Sequence record: OP589283.1
DNA length: 40,000 nucleotides
DNA from: Shewanella phage FishSpeaker
Reading direction: 5' to 3' (one strand)
Shown here piece by piece: positions 25,661-35,342 of the stretch (position 1 is its first letter; each line of letters begins with the position of its first letter). The position numbers were made by a program, and so were the translations under genes. Below the pieces are notes generated by a model. It saw only the letters and a list, made by a program, of their open reading frames with translations, was not told the origin of the DNA and did not search any database.

Positions 25661-26284
25661 ATGGCACAACATAGTGCTGCCTATTTCAGTCATGCGTTTT
25701 CAGGTGCCTTAAATGAAAGTCAAGTTAATCAATATCGTAACTATTTAGATAACTCTCGTACACATCTCTCGGGTTGGTTAGCAGAGCAAGCTAAAATAGT
25801 GTCCGGTAACTTTACCGATTTTGTGAATTCCAAAGCATGGGAGTTCAGCAAACGTTTAATGAAACGTAATGATGGTGAATATGTTTCTGCGTTTGAAATC
25901 GGTTATTTGGGTACCATGAGTGGGCTTCAGAACGCTACTGGCTTAATGCGTAATTACATTATGGCTAATGAAGACGTTATGGGGCTTTATTTAGACGAAC
26001 GTATTGACGGTTATGGCGGTGATTTCAACCAATGGTGTGTTGGTGTAGGTGAAGATAACTTATATTGGCGACAAGCAATGTCAGGTGTGCTGACGACCAA
26101 GAAAGTAAACGACGTAGAAGTGTTGGCCCACAATCATTACCGAGACTCGTTAACAGGAGAACTGAGTTTCCGTGAGAAAGTGGATATCCATAAAACATGG
26201 AATGCCATCACCCATCATATCGCAAATAAAGATTTATTTGACATCACCAGTGTCGAAAATGAGAAGATGAAACCTAAAGAGTAA
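25661..26284 (+). CDS. hypothetical phage protein
   Basis: 207-aa ORF, AAGGAG RBS. Confidence 0.75.
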   Translation: MAQHSAAYFSHAFSGALNESQVNQYRNYLDNSRTHLSGWLAEQAKIVSGNFTDFVNSKAWEFSKRLMKRNDGEYVSAFEIGYLGTMSGLQNATGLMRNYIMANEDVMGLYLDERIDGYGGDFNQWCVGVGEDNLYWRQAMSGVLTTKKVNDVEVLAHNHYRDSLTGELSFREKVDIHKTWNAITHHIANKDLFDITSVENEKMKPKE

Positions 26285-26364
26285 TTTAATAGGTGACCAA
26301 TAAGGGGAGGGCGACCTTCTCTTATTGGGTTTCTTTTTTTATTTTTTTTTTATTAGAGGTCTGT

Positions 26365-26772
26365 ATGGGAACATTTTGCGTGGGTACCATGAGAACCAGT
26401 CATGGATGGGAAACATCATCTGCTGAAGAAGCCGCAAGTCTTCATATCACATATTGGTTAGCGAGCAGACACAGCCAAGGTCGCATCTATAATAAAGTAC
26501 CAAGCTTCTATTATCTATGGAAGGAATTTGGTGACAACAAAGACCGGTTAGTAGAAGAAGTGGGAAACCACTTAGAAGAATATTTCAAAGAACTCTTTGA
26601 AGGGGTTCTGGTGCAATGCACAGCAGAATTTAATGAAGGCAGTAAATCTAAGTATAATCTGCGTATTGCATTACGATTTACTGTAGACGGTAATCAATAT
26701 GACTTAAGCAAAGCCGTATTGGTAACAAAAGAATATTATCGCGCGCTAGATGACGCAAGAGGAACAGTATGA
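26365..26772 (+). CDS. hypothetical protein
   Basis: Start MGTFCVGTMRTSHG after TTAGAGG; ORF-track start upstream runs through a T-rich tract. Confidence 0.6.
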   Translation: MGTFCVGTMRTSHGWETSSAEEAASLHITYWLASRHSQGRIYNKVPSFYYLWKEFGDNKDRLVEEVGNHLEEYFKELFEGVLVQCTAEFNEGSKSKYNLRIALRFTVDGNQYDLSKAVLVTKEYYRALDDARGTV

Positions 26773-27560
26773 GCGAATTAAACCAACTTACTCCACAACA
26801 ACAACGCATCATGGATGAAGACCTTGGTTACTTAAAGGAAATGTACATTCATGAAAGTGAAGGTAAACGTTTCTTAGGTAACGAAAACAAGGCGTACAAT
26901 ATCGAATGGCAAATAAAAGAAAGCGAGTTTGTAAAGAACTGGTTGATTCAATTTGCATTGGGTAATGATACCGGTATTAATTATTTTAACATCGCTGAAT
27001 GGGGTAAACGCACTAACCGCGGGCAGGGATTGGTAGAAGTCATCACAGACGATAACACCTCTGATAAAACAACTAGCTTATTTATTATTCCGCCGTTAAT
27101 GGCAGTGAACATGAATAATCAGGATTATCAGTTAATCCGTCGCGCTATCATGATGATTAACTTTAATATGGTGGATGAACAAAACACCCGTATTAAAGAT
27201 AGCAACAAACCCATCGCTGATGAATTAGCGTCTTTATTGGAGAACAAGCGTATTCCGATTCCAGACAACGTCCCTGGATGGTTCTATGAAAAACACGGTG
27301 TTGTTCCATTAGTAGAACAACAGTGTTTCTTTATCCGTGATGTTATCAATGCTGATAAACCTTATCCTCATGAAGAGTATTATCGTCTTCGCGATATTTT
27401 GTATCGTAAATTCCGTAAAGAACCTATTACTGCGGAAGAAAGAACCGTTGTTGACACCATGAGTCGTAACAATATTGAGTGGGAGGAGGTAAAAGAAAAC
27501 AGCGCATCTAATTCTACTAACGTAGAAGAAAACGATGGGTACGACCCACTAAGTTGTTAG
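26769..27560 (+). CDS. hypothetical phage protein
   Basis: 263-aa ORF, ATGA overlap with upstream gene. Confidence 0.75.
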   Translation: MSELNQLTPQQQRIMDEDLGYLKEMYIHESEGKRFLGNENKAYNIEWQIKESEFVKNWLIQFALGNDTGINYFNIAEWGKRTNRGQGLVEVITDDNTSDKTTSLFIIPPLMAVNMNNQDYQLIRRAIMMINFNMVDEQNTRIKDSNKPIADELASLLENKRIPIPDNVPGWFYEKHGVVPLVEQQCFFIRDVINADKPYPHEEYYRLRDILYRKFRKEPITAEERTVVDTMSRNNIEWEEVKENSASNSTNVEENDGYDPLSC

Positions 27561-27562
27561 CA

Positions 27563-28699
27563 ATGAAAGAAGCGATACGGTTCTTATGGAGCAGTGACCA
27601 ACACACGCTTCATAATAAAACTCCCACCACACATATTCTGCAAAACCTCTCCCGGTTCTTAATGAAAGAACACCATCTACCCGATACAGATTTAATTCTT
27701 TTCGGAGGAGATTTCATGGATAGGTTAGTTGAAACTAACAACCATGACTTTTTAAAAGTATTGGATTGGTGTGACAAGTTTTTAGCGGAATGCGAAAAGC
27801 ATAATGTGGTTGTGCGGTTTTTAGAAGGGACGAGTAGCCATGATTGGGAGCAACAAAAACATTTCAGATTAGGGTTGTTTAATAAACTGAATGCAGCTTA
27901 TATTAACTCAATGAGTGTGGAGATTATTCCTGAACTCAATAATTTAAGCATTTTGTATGTTCCGGACAATATGTCTGGCTCTAAAACACCTGACCAAATA
28001 TGGGAACTGGCGTTAGAAAAACTGGCTGAAGCGAATTTAGCAGAAGTGGACTTTGTTGTTATTCATGGTGGGTTTAGACACCAACTCCCTGAAAAGGGTT
28101 GGAAACATGCTCACATGATAGAACGTTGGAAAACAATTGCTAAATACGCTATTTTTGCCGGACACATCCATATCCCCTGCATTATGGAATCGGATAAGTT
28201 TTATTGCTCGGGAAGTTTTGACCGAATTCGTCATGGTGAAGAACATCCCAAAGGAGGGTTTGTTGGGACCCTCAACAAAAGCCTTGAGAGGTTCAACGTT
28301 GAGTTTTGGGAGAATAAGAAGGCATTACCTTATGTCACTATTAAACTCTCGTCTGAGTGGGATTTAGGCACTACAATGAACCGCATTGTAGATGTTATTG
28401 TCAAACGTAATTTTCCCGCTAATAGTCACGTGAAATTAAAAGGAGGGAGTCCAAACATTGTTGCTCCTCTTTTATTGGAGTTTAGTAAGCAATACCCTCT
28501 TTTAAATTTCACCGCCGACAACGATGTTTCGGACAGCCTTATTGTAGATGAAACGTTGTATGATACGGACACATATAAAGGAGTGACACTCACTAAAGAA
28601 AATTTATTTGATTCTTTATTTGTGGAAATTGAAGCTACTCTTTTAGAAAGCAACATTTCAAAAGAAGAAGCCAGCTCAATTCTAAATGAGTTTTTATAA
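27563..28699 (+). CDS. SbcD/Mre11-like metallophosphoesterase nuclease
   Basis: LWSSDQH, LFGGDFMDR, EGTSSHD, IHGGF, FAGHIH motifs. Confidence 0.75.
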   Translation: MKEAIRFLWSSDQHTLHNKTPTTHILQNLSRFLMKEHHLPDTDLILFGGDFMDRLVETNNHDFLKVLDWCDKFLAECEKHNVVVRFLEGTSSHDWEQQKHFRLGLFNKLNAAYINSMSVEIIPELNNLSILYVPDNMSGSKTPDQIWELALEKLAEANLAEVDFVVIHGGFRHQLPEKGWKHAHMIERWKTIAKYAIFAGHIHIPCIMESDKFYCSGSFDRIRHGEEHPKGGFVGTLNKSLERFNVEFWENKKALPYVTIKLSSEWDLGTTMNRIVDVIVKRNFPANSHVKLKGGSPNIVAPLLLEFSKQYPLLNFTADNDVSDSLIVDETLYDTDTYKGVTLTKENLFDSLFVEIEATLLESNISKEEASSILNEFL

Positions 28700-28709
28700 G
28701 GAGGTTTCT

Positions 28710-29495
28710 ATGAGTAGAACCTTAGGTAACTTAGGCATATCCGTTGGAACCTCCGCTGCGTTAGAAGGTGAATTAACGAAAACATTATCTAGTATGGATA
28801 ATTTTTTTATTAACTTTAGAACGTTAGTAAGAAATGCGATTGAGTCTTACGCTTCGGAGGATTCCCCTAGCGTTGATGAAATTGTTAAAAATGTCAAAGA
28901 TGACTTAATGGGAGTATTAAAGTTTGTAGACACACACCGGGGGCAAAAACAAATCTTAATTGATGTGTATAACCCCAGTTATAAATCCAGAGAAAGCAAA
29001 TTTAAATACGCCATCTTAAAGTCACCTAAAACTGACAAACAAAAAGCAAGAGCAAAATTATTTGAAGAAGTGATTTCACTCTTTAAAAAGAATAACAGTG
29101 GGGTATTGAGAGAAACCGATTGCGAAATTAAATCATTTGTAGGTCGGGCTCTTATACTCACACATCATGTCATGGACTTGACATTCAGTAATTCTTACTC
29201 ACGGTTATATTTGTTAGAGAGTTACACGGGTTACATTAAAACATATGTTACGTGGAACACCAAATTAACCAACGGTAGTGAATTACACAACATCCCATTT
29301 AACAGACTCACTTTACAGATTTTCGGGGATAAGGGAACGGATTTCTTTACTCACAGCATGGCCGTTAAGGCATTGGTTAATGAACTCGCTACTTCTCATA
29401 AATGGACTACAGGTACGTCTTACGATAAAGTAAAAAGCGATATCAGAGGATTACCTAAATCTGTTGATAGAGAAGCATTAATTATGATGTTTTAA
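28710..29495 (+). CDS. hypothetical phage protein
   Basis: Start MSRTLGNLG with AAGGAGG RBS. Confidence 0.75.
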   Translation: MSRTLGNLGISVGTSAALEGELTKTLSSMDNFFINFRTLVRNAIESYASEDSPSVDEIVKNVKDDLMGVLKFVDTHRGQKQILIDVYNPSYKSRESKFKYAILKSPKTDKQKARAKLFEEVISLFKKNNSGVLRETDCEIKSFVGRALILTHHVMDLTFSNSYSRLYLLESYTGYIKTYVTWNTKLTNGSELHNIPFNRLTLQIFGDKGTDFFTHSMAVKALVNELATSHKWTTGTSYDKVKSDIRGLPKSVDREALIMMF

Positions 29496-29543
29496 AAAAC
29501 CAGCCACCCTATTTATTAGATACCCGATTGAGGAATTTTCATC

Positions 29544-30242
29544 ATGGCTCAACAACAAAATTTTCAGCCCCGTAAAAAAACGATTTTAAATGATTACCGG
29601 ATGCCACTTCCTGCATCGGCTTCTCCTATGGAAGGCGCACGTAATCCAGCCCAATTTATGTGGGAGTTAAAGAACAACGGCAAAATCGTTTTTAAAGTAA
29701 ACGATGGCGTTTACAAACAAGGTGCTAAAAACACTCACAAAGAAGTCGAATTGGATTACCATGAACGCGGTATGATTTTCGAAGCGATTCGTGATGCAAT
29801 CAACAATAAGGATTTTGTCAACAAACAAATCCCTATTCGTAAAAAAGACTTTGTCTTTTCAAATGGTCGCAGTCAGATGTCCGACCAACCTATTCTGAAA
29901 GCCACTATGACAATTCGTCGTGACGACCAAGGTATTATTCATTGGGGTTACAGTAAAGGTGATTATAAAGTCGAGGTCAGTTTCCGTGGTCCATTTGATA
30001 CTGCGGTTTATTACAAAGACGATCAAGGTAACCGTCGTGAAGACTTTGGTGCATTAAGTCGTTACAGTGCGGCAGCTTACGTTCGTTTCCACGAACCTAT
30101 TCTTAACCGCATTGAAGAAGAACACTGGACTCCACCTAAACAAAAAGAAGGTAGTGGTGGTGGTAACGGTGGCGGTAATAATTACGGTGGTGGTAGCCAA
30201 CCTTCTGGTGATGATTTCGATTTTGACGACGTTGATTTCTAA
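29544..30242 (+). CDS. single-stranded DNA-binding protein-like
   Basis: Small N-terminal domain, Gly/Asn linker GSGGGNGGGNNYGGG and acidic tip DDFDFDDVDF typical of phage/bacterial SSBs. Confidence 0.55.
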   Translation: MAQQQNFQPRKKTILNDYRMPLPASASPMEGARNPAQFMWELKNNGKIVFKVNDGVYKQGAKNTHKEVELDYHERGMIFEAIRDAINNKDFVNKQIPIRKKDFVFSNGRSQMSDQPILKATMTIRRDDQGIIHWGYSKGDYKVEVSFRGPFDTAVYYKDDQGNRREDFGALSRYSAAAYVRFHEPILNRIEEEHWTPPKQKEGSGGGNGGGNNYGGGSQPSGDDFDFDDVDF

Positions 30243-30258
30243 TCTTTTTGCCAACTAA

Positions 30259-30289
30259 CCTTCCTTACCCTTTGTTGGGGTAAGGAAGG
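30259..30289 (+). terminator. hairpin terminator
   Basis: CCTTCCTTACCC TTTGTTG GGGTAAGGAAGG. Confidence 0.75.
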
Positions 30290-30358
30290 ATTCCACTAAA
30301 AATATTTAACTCTACATTATTAACGTGTATAAGTAACAAACTATTAACGGAGTTACCC

Positions 30359-31912
30359 ATGCTGGAAATTAGAATAATCAGGAATTCTAAAACAGTGATT
30401 GAAAAAATCGTTGTTGAATATGGTACCCGGAAAATTGCGTTTAATGGACGTGCTAAAATCTTCTTAGAAAAATCCATTAACAACTTTTCTGAAGGGGCAA
30501 ACTTATTTGACTGTCAAAATGATTTTGTTGCTCGCACGTTTTCTGAAGAAGAACAATTAGAATTGTTCAAACTGTATGAACAAGCACATGCTATCTGCGA
30601 AAGCAGTAAAGATGTAGATTACAAAGAGGAATTATTTGAACTTAAGAAAATCGTCGATGAAATTTACGCGTTATTTAATGTAACAAAATTCATCGGGTTC
30701 ATCCAATACAGTGACCATTTAAAGGTACCTAAAAATTTGGTGGCTGCAACCAGCAAAGGTGACTATCCAGAAGAGACTACCATACTTGAGCACGATTACA
30801 TAAACTTAGCGAAGTTTACGTTTGCGGTGCGGGTAATCTATCCTATTCTTTTTGGTATCACCAGTCGTCTTACTTCTATCATGGGAGAAACCCACGCGTT
30901 ATTAAATATCGGTCAGTTAATCAGTCATAGTCCAAGTTTGGTTTCTCTCACGGGTTGGGAAAAACTTAAACTGTATGTAAAGACCACGTTCATTAAACAC
31001 GGGGTTGGACAAAGCTTAACTGAGTTTAGTACAGGTGTAAACTCAGTTGAGAAAACTGTTTTTAAAGTGATCATCAGCCGGTTATGTAGTTCTGTTATAC
31101 CAGAAACAGAAAAAGACAAACATATTGCTAACGTGATTAACAGTGTATGTCAAACAGCGAAAAGTGAGTTTAACGAAGCTTTCCGTGAAAAAGAAGACAG
31201 TTACGGCGATACTGAAGATAAACGTTCTGTGTTTGAGCGTTATCAGATTACTGAAAACAGTAATCCCAGTAAAGAACAAGCTGAAGCAGAATGGTTTTCA
31301 TTTGGGTTATTTGACCATAATGGGAATCCTAAATTACACGACCGCTTTAAATACCAATCGCAAACATTAGGTATTGATGAACAACTGGTTGATATGGTTT
31401 ATGACCGAATCCCAAGCAATTGGAATTTTGAATTAGACCGTCATATTTTAACGTTGTTGCAGTTAACCTTCATTGATGACGTTAGTCCCTATACGTTTAT
31501 TGCGTGTGACTACAATCAATTGATGGCAGCTATTGCGTTAGGTCAAGTGAAGTTAGCTTCAATGGGTTATCAGTACTTACCTTCAGTATTAGGGTGTGTG
31601 CATGACCCAGAAGGGTTGCGTACAGCAGATTCGTTAAAACTCAACAACGAAGATAGAGAGTCCATTGAATCTATCTGCTCCGTGCAAGCAAAAAATACCG
31701 ATGCTCGCAGCGCCAACGAAGCAGTATTAGCGGTAATGGATTTCATCGAGAATTTCGGTAACGGAATTTGGAAAAGTAATTTGGAAGTGGGGGTATTGGC
31801 GAGTAAAGAAATTTTAGCCAGTTATCCCGTAGGTGGGATGTATCCTCTGGAAATTACCAACAACATCAAAGTAGAGTTTGTTGACTTTATTTTACGTATT
31901 AATCAGTGTTAA
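30359..31912 (+). CDS. possible fifth, non-canonical subunit of the phage RNAP (phiKZ gp68-like)
   Basis: 517 aa; size and position between SSB-like gene and beta C-part gene only; no motif. Confidence 0.35.
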   Translation: MLEIRIIRNSKTVIEKIVVEYGTRKIAFNGRAKIFLEKSINNFSEGANLFDCQNDFVARTFSEEEQLELFKLYEQAHAICESSKDVDYKEELFELKKIVDEIYALFNVTKFIGFIQYSDHLKVPKNLVAATSKGDYPEETTILEHDYINLAKFTFAVRVIYPILFGITSRLTSIMGETHALLNIGQLISHSPSLVSLTGWEKLKLYVKTTFIKHGVGQSLTEFSTGVNSVEKTVFKVIISRLCSSVIPETEKDKHIANVINSVCQTAKSEFNEAFREKEDSYGDTEDKRSVFERYQITENSNPSKEQAEAEWFSFGLFDHNGNPKLHDRFKYQSQTLGIDEQLVDMVYDRIPSNWNFELDRHILTLLQLTFIDDVSPYTFIACDYNQLMAAIALGQVKLASMGYQYLPSVLGCVHDPEGLRTADSLKLNNEDRESIESICSVQAKNTDARSANEAVLAVMDFIENFGNGIWKSNLEVGVLASKEILASYPVGGMYPLEITNNIKVEFVDFILRINQC

Positions 31913-31930
31913 TATCAAAAAGGAAATATC

Positions 31931-33376
31931 ATGTCAAGTACATTGCAATTAACTGAAGTCATTGTCGGTATCGGTAACCCTGTTCACGCTCACGTCAGAC
32001 GTCATAACGAAATTAATGCCGATTCAACAACACTTGATGCATTAATTTCTGAACAGATGAACGGTGGAATGACACCATCCACGTTAAATGAATTCAGTAT
32101 TTTATCTGGCGGGCTTAGCACTACCCCACAAGGAAACATTGAAATTTCTGATGGATGGAATATTCGTCGCGGGTTAGCAATGTTGCGTTTTGTCGTGTCA
32201 ACCAACGCAATAAACCAAGAAGAGTTGGTTATTCTTGGTTATTTAGTAGGAGGGGAAGTTTCATTTGAAGGCCTCGACCCCAACACTGTATTTGTGCCGG
32301 TGAGAAGCTGGTCAATTCTGATGACCAATCGCCAGGACCTTAATACTGGATTACCATACACACAAACCACCATCAATGACTCTCAGCAGTTTTTACTAGG
32401 TACAGATAAAAATCTAGTAACTAACCGGCCAATTGACGTATTAAACAATATGGGTGTGATGTGTGCAAATGTTGATATGGGAATGCCTTTAACGTCATAT
32501 ACGGGGATGTCCAGCCAAGACCTTAAGTCTTCTGGGATACTCATGTCGAAAACGAAAAACCTCGACCCCACACATTGCTCAAGAGCCATTTTGGGCAGCA
32601 CAATAAGAGCGATGGCCGGTTCAATGGAATCTGGCAATGATCGTGATGTGTTTATTGGTGATTTGTTTGAGAAAGCTACAGGGTACGACGTCGTAGAACA
32701 AAATACACTTCAAAATGCGTTTCTTTCAGTAATGAACGCCAGTTTAGGTGGGATGAATTTCCATGGGTTTAATGGTTACACCTTTGGTGAGATTGCCGGG
32801 GTGTTTGAGAACTTGGCCGATGTACTTAACTTAAATATCTTGGCTCAAAGTTTTGAAGACCCTAATTGGTTAATGACAACGTCTGAATACGGTTCTTCTA
32901 GTTATTCTGAGCGCATCGCAACAGAAGTAGCTGTTATGGCTGCTCACGCATTGGTGCGTTCAGGTCTCACGTTTGTTGAATTCCTTGCATCTAACAATGC
33001 TACTGAAATTGGGGGGTTAAATTCAGAAAATGGCTTAATGTACCATATGGGTGCCGCAATGCCATTGCTAAATAATGAGACTAACCTTGCAGGTCGTGTT
33101 GAAACTTTCAAAGAAGAATTAGCGCGCAGTTTCTTTGCTCGTTATCGTTCCGATATCCGCGGTGGTTTTTCAATCAGCATTAATGCTAAATGTTACGTTT
33201 TCGGTGAAACTTCTGTTACAGTTGTAATTGATGGTAAACCTGAGACTGAACGTACCTTCACAAATGCAACGTACAAGTTAAACTTAACAAGCACCAACAT
33301 TTCTGAAAACCACAAAGCCATTAACTCAACTATAAATATGCTAAACAACATTCAGTCATATTTAGGTTTTAATTAA
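31931..33376 (+). CDS. conserved-looking phage protein of unknown function
   Basis: 481-aa ORF, AAGGAAA RBS. Confidence 0.75.
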   Translation: MSSTLQLTEVIVGIGNPVHAHVRRHNEINADSTTLDALISEQMNGGMTPSTLNEFSILSGGLSTTPQGNIEISDGWNIRRGLAMLRFVVSTNAINQEELVILGYLVGGEVSFEGLDPNTVFVPVRSWSILMTNRQDLNTGLPYTQTTINDSQQFLLGTDKNLVTNRPIDVLNNMGVMCANVDMGMPLTSYTGMSSQDLKSSGILMSKTKNLDPTHCSRAILGSTIRAMAGSMESGNDRDVFIGDLFEKATGYDVVEQNTLQNAFLSVMNASLGGMNFHGFNGYTFGEIAGVFENLADVLNLNILAQSFEDPNWLMTTSEYGSSSYSERIATEVAVMAAHALVRSGLTFVEFLASNNATEIGGLNSENGLMYHMGAAMPLLNNETNLAGRVETFKEELARSFFARYRSDIRGGFSISINAKCYVFGETSVTVVIDGKPETERTFTNATYKLNLTSTNISENHKAINSTINMLNNIQSYLGFN

Positions 33377-33403
33377 CCCTTTGCTTAATTTACAGAGGTC
33401 ATA

Positions 33404-34876
33404 ATGAACGAACTCAACAAACTATATTCCGCGATGTGGAAATCATGGAACGGGGTTATCGAAGATAACGGCAAGATGATGATTAAGGTGGGGGAAGAAA
33501 AACTTCCTATCACTATTGATGGTCAAGAACTCTACTTGGGGTTAAGTGAACTCATTGAAGGTAAAACAGGTAATAAGGTGTTTTTCCACCCAGCGTGTGA
33601 AAATATTACCAGCAAAGAAACTGAAGTGTTCAAAGTGATTCGCAAAGCGACTGCGATGAAACTTCTGTTTACCTTTATGAAGTATCCGGCTATCATTATC
33701 CCAATAGCCACTCGTAAACCAAAGAAAGCATGGCGTCAGGATGTGGTTGACATGTTGCAACCACTGAAAAATGTCAAGAAATCGGTTATCACTGAAATCA
33801 GTAAACTCTTTCAATTGATGACAATTGAAAATGAAAGCGAAGTTCATGACTGCCGTTTTGTTCATATCAAGACTACTAAGTCTGGTGCGCGGTCTCCTAA
33901 AACGGGTGCAAAGGTGTATTACACCGCCAAGCCTTCCTTTCCTTTCTATAACGAACTGGCAAAGAAATTGGCGCGTAGCACTGGCGTGAGTGAAAACCAA
34001 GAAGTGGAAGTATTTGGTACATCAGTTTCCATGGCGGCGCTTTCAACAATTGTTCACTTATTTGAATGTTGTATTCCAGGTGTTAACAACCCAGATGATT
34101 ACGCATTCGAATCATTTGACCCAATTGCTTCTCGATTAACAGCTTACTTAGGTTCATATTCACTCATTGCTGAAGATTTGAACCGAGTTCAAAATGTTTT
34201 CCGTGAAGACTTTGATAGCATCGGGCCCGGTCGTATTTATATCGACTGGATTGAAAACATGGAACAGTTACCTGATATTTGGCGACAAATTCCAACAATG
34301 GATTACAATAGCCACAACACTCAACAGGAAGCGGATGTTACCATCAGCCGGGTTAATGGGTTATTCGACATTAACAGTGCAAACGGTACACCTCAAAACA
34401 ATACTGTTGTGATGACTAATCAAACCCAAAATACATCCGGTGCAACCAATATCGTTTCTACCCCGCAAGGTGACTTCGATGTTAGTCCACCTATGATGAT
34501 GAATGGTGATACTTATTCTCACTATGAATTGGATTTGATTAACATGCGGGTTCGCCACCATGCGTACTCAAGTGGACGTCAACCTGTAGTGTATGTGTGT
34601 TCACGTCAAGGCAATTTCTTACAAAAAGAAATTGTTAATGGCATGATGCCTGGGTTGATGAACAACATGGGTGGAATGAACGGTATGATGGGTATGATGA
34701 ATAACCCATTACAACAACAACTCATGAATCAACAAATGTTGATGAATCCTGCAATGGCAGAATTTGTTAAGCAACAACAAGCGATGCAAATGATGCGTAA
34801 TTTGCAATCCATGGGTCAACCTGCGACGAGTACTTCTGTTACAGGTGGTGCTTCAAGCGATACCTTTGTTTATTAA
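33404..34876 (+). CDS. phage protein with Met/Gln/Asn-rich C-terminal low-complexity tail
   Basis: 490-aa ORF ending NGMMPGLMNNMGGMNGMMGMMNNPLQQQLMNQQMLMNPAM... Confidence 0.75.
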   Translation: MNELNKLYSAMWKSWNGVIEDNGKMMIKVGEEKLPITIDGQELYLGLSELIEGKTGNKVFFHPACENITSKETEVFKVIRKATAMKLLFTFMKYPAIIIPIATRKPKKAWRQDVVDMLQPLKNVKKSVITEISKLFQLMTIENESEVHDCRFVHIKTTKSGARSPKTGAKVYYTAKPSFPFYNELAKKLARSTGVSENQEVEVFGTSVSMAALSTIVHLFECCIPGVNNPDDYAFESFDPIASRLTAYLGSYSLIAEDLNRVQNVFREDFDSIGPGRIYIDWIENMEQLPDIWRQIPTMDYNSHNTQQEADVTISRVNGLFDINSANGTPQNNTVVMTNQTQNTSGATNIVSTPQGDFDVSPPMMMNGDTYSHYELDLINMRVRHHAYSSGRQPVVYVCSRQGNFLQKEIVNGMMPGLMNNMGGMNGMMGMMNNPLQQQLMNQQMLMNPAMAEFVKQQQAMQMMRNLQSMGQPATSTSVTGGASSDTFVY

Positions 34877-34887
34877 TCGATAACACT

Positions 34888-34921
34888 ACTACTCCATTCC
34901 CAGTGACGGGAATGGAGTAGT
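34888..34921. terminator. bidirectional hairpin between convergent genes
   Basis: ACTACTCCATTCCC AGTGAC GGGAATGGAGTAGT. Confidence 0.8.
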
Positions 34922-34937
34922 ATTTAACTTTTGTTTT

Positions 34938-35267
34938 TTAACGGCGCTGTGTATTACTACGAGTTATGCAACTGTTGAGTTCGTTCTCATTTATCAGGTA
35001 AATTTTTTGTAATCCTGAAATAGATGCAAACGGATTAACAATATCGTTTATATATGCATTAGCCCACCAATATCGTTTATCGATCTTTAGGTGTCTTAGC
35101 AATGCATAAAAATCATATCTAAACATTTCAATAACGTTGAGCGTCGTTAAAGGTTGTTCTGCGGCAGTAGAAAGTAAGAATTCTTTTTTAGATCTAACTA
35201 ACGTTTTAAATCGACTAGAATAAAAATACTGATCGTCAGCAGAAATCCCGGAGGACTCAATAGGCAT
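34938..35267 (-). CDS. small minus-strand hypothetical protein (109 aa)
   Basis: Start MPIESSGISADDQ preceded on minus strand by TAAGGGGGTAACC. Confidence 0.65.
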   Translation of the reverse strand: MPIESSGISADDQYFYSSRFKTLVRSKKEFLLSTAAEQPLTTLNVIEMFRYDFYALLRHLKIDKRYWWANAYINDIVNPFASISGLQKIYLINENELNSCITRSNTQRR

Positions 35268-35292
35268 GGTTACCCCCTTATAAATTATTAAC

Positions 35293-35310
35293 CCTATATT
35301 ATTTATCTGA
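35293..35310 (+). promoter_or_regulatory. promoter-like motif
   Basis: CCTATATTATTTATCTGA resembles TCTATATTACTTAGG. Confidence 0.4.
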
Positions 35311-35342
35311 ATATGTGGTCGTGTGTTATTAAGGAAATAAAA

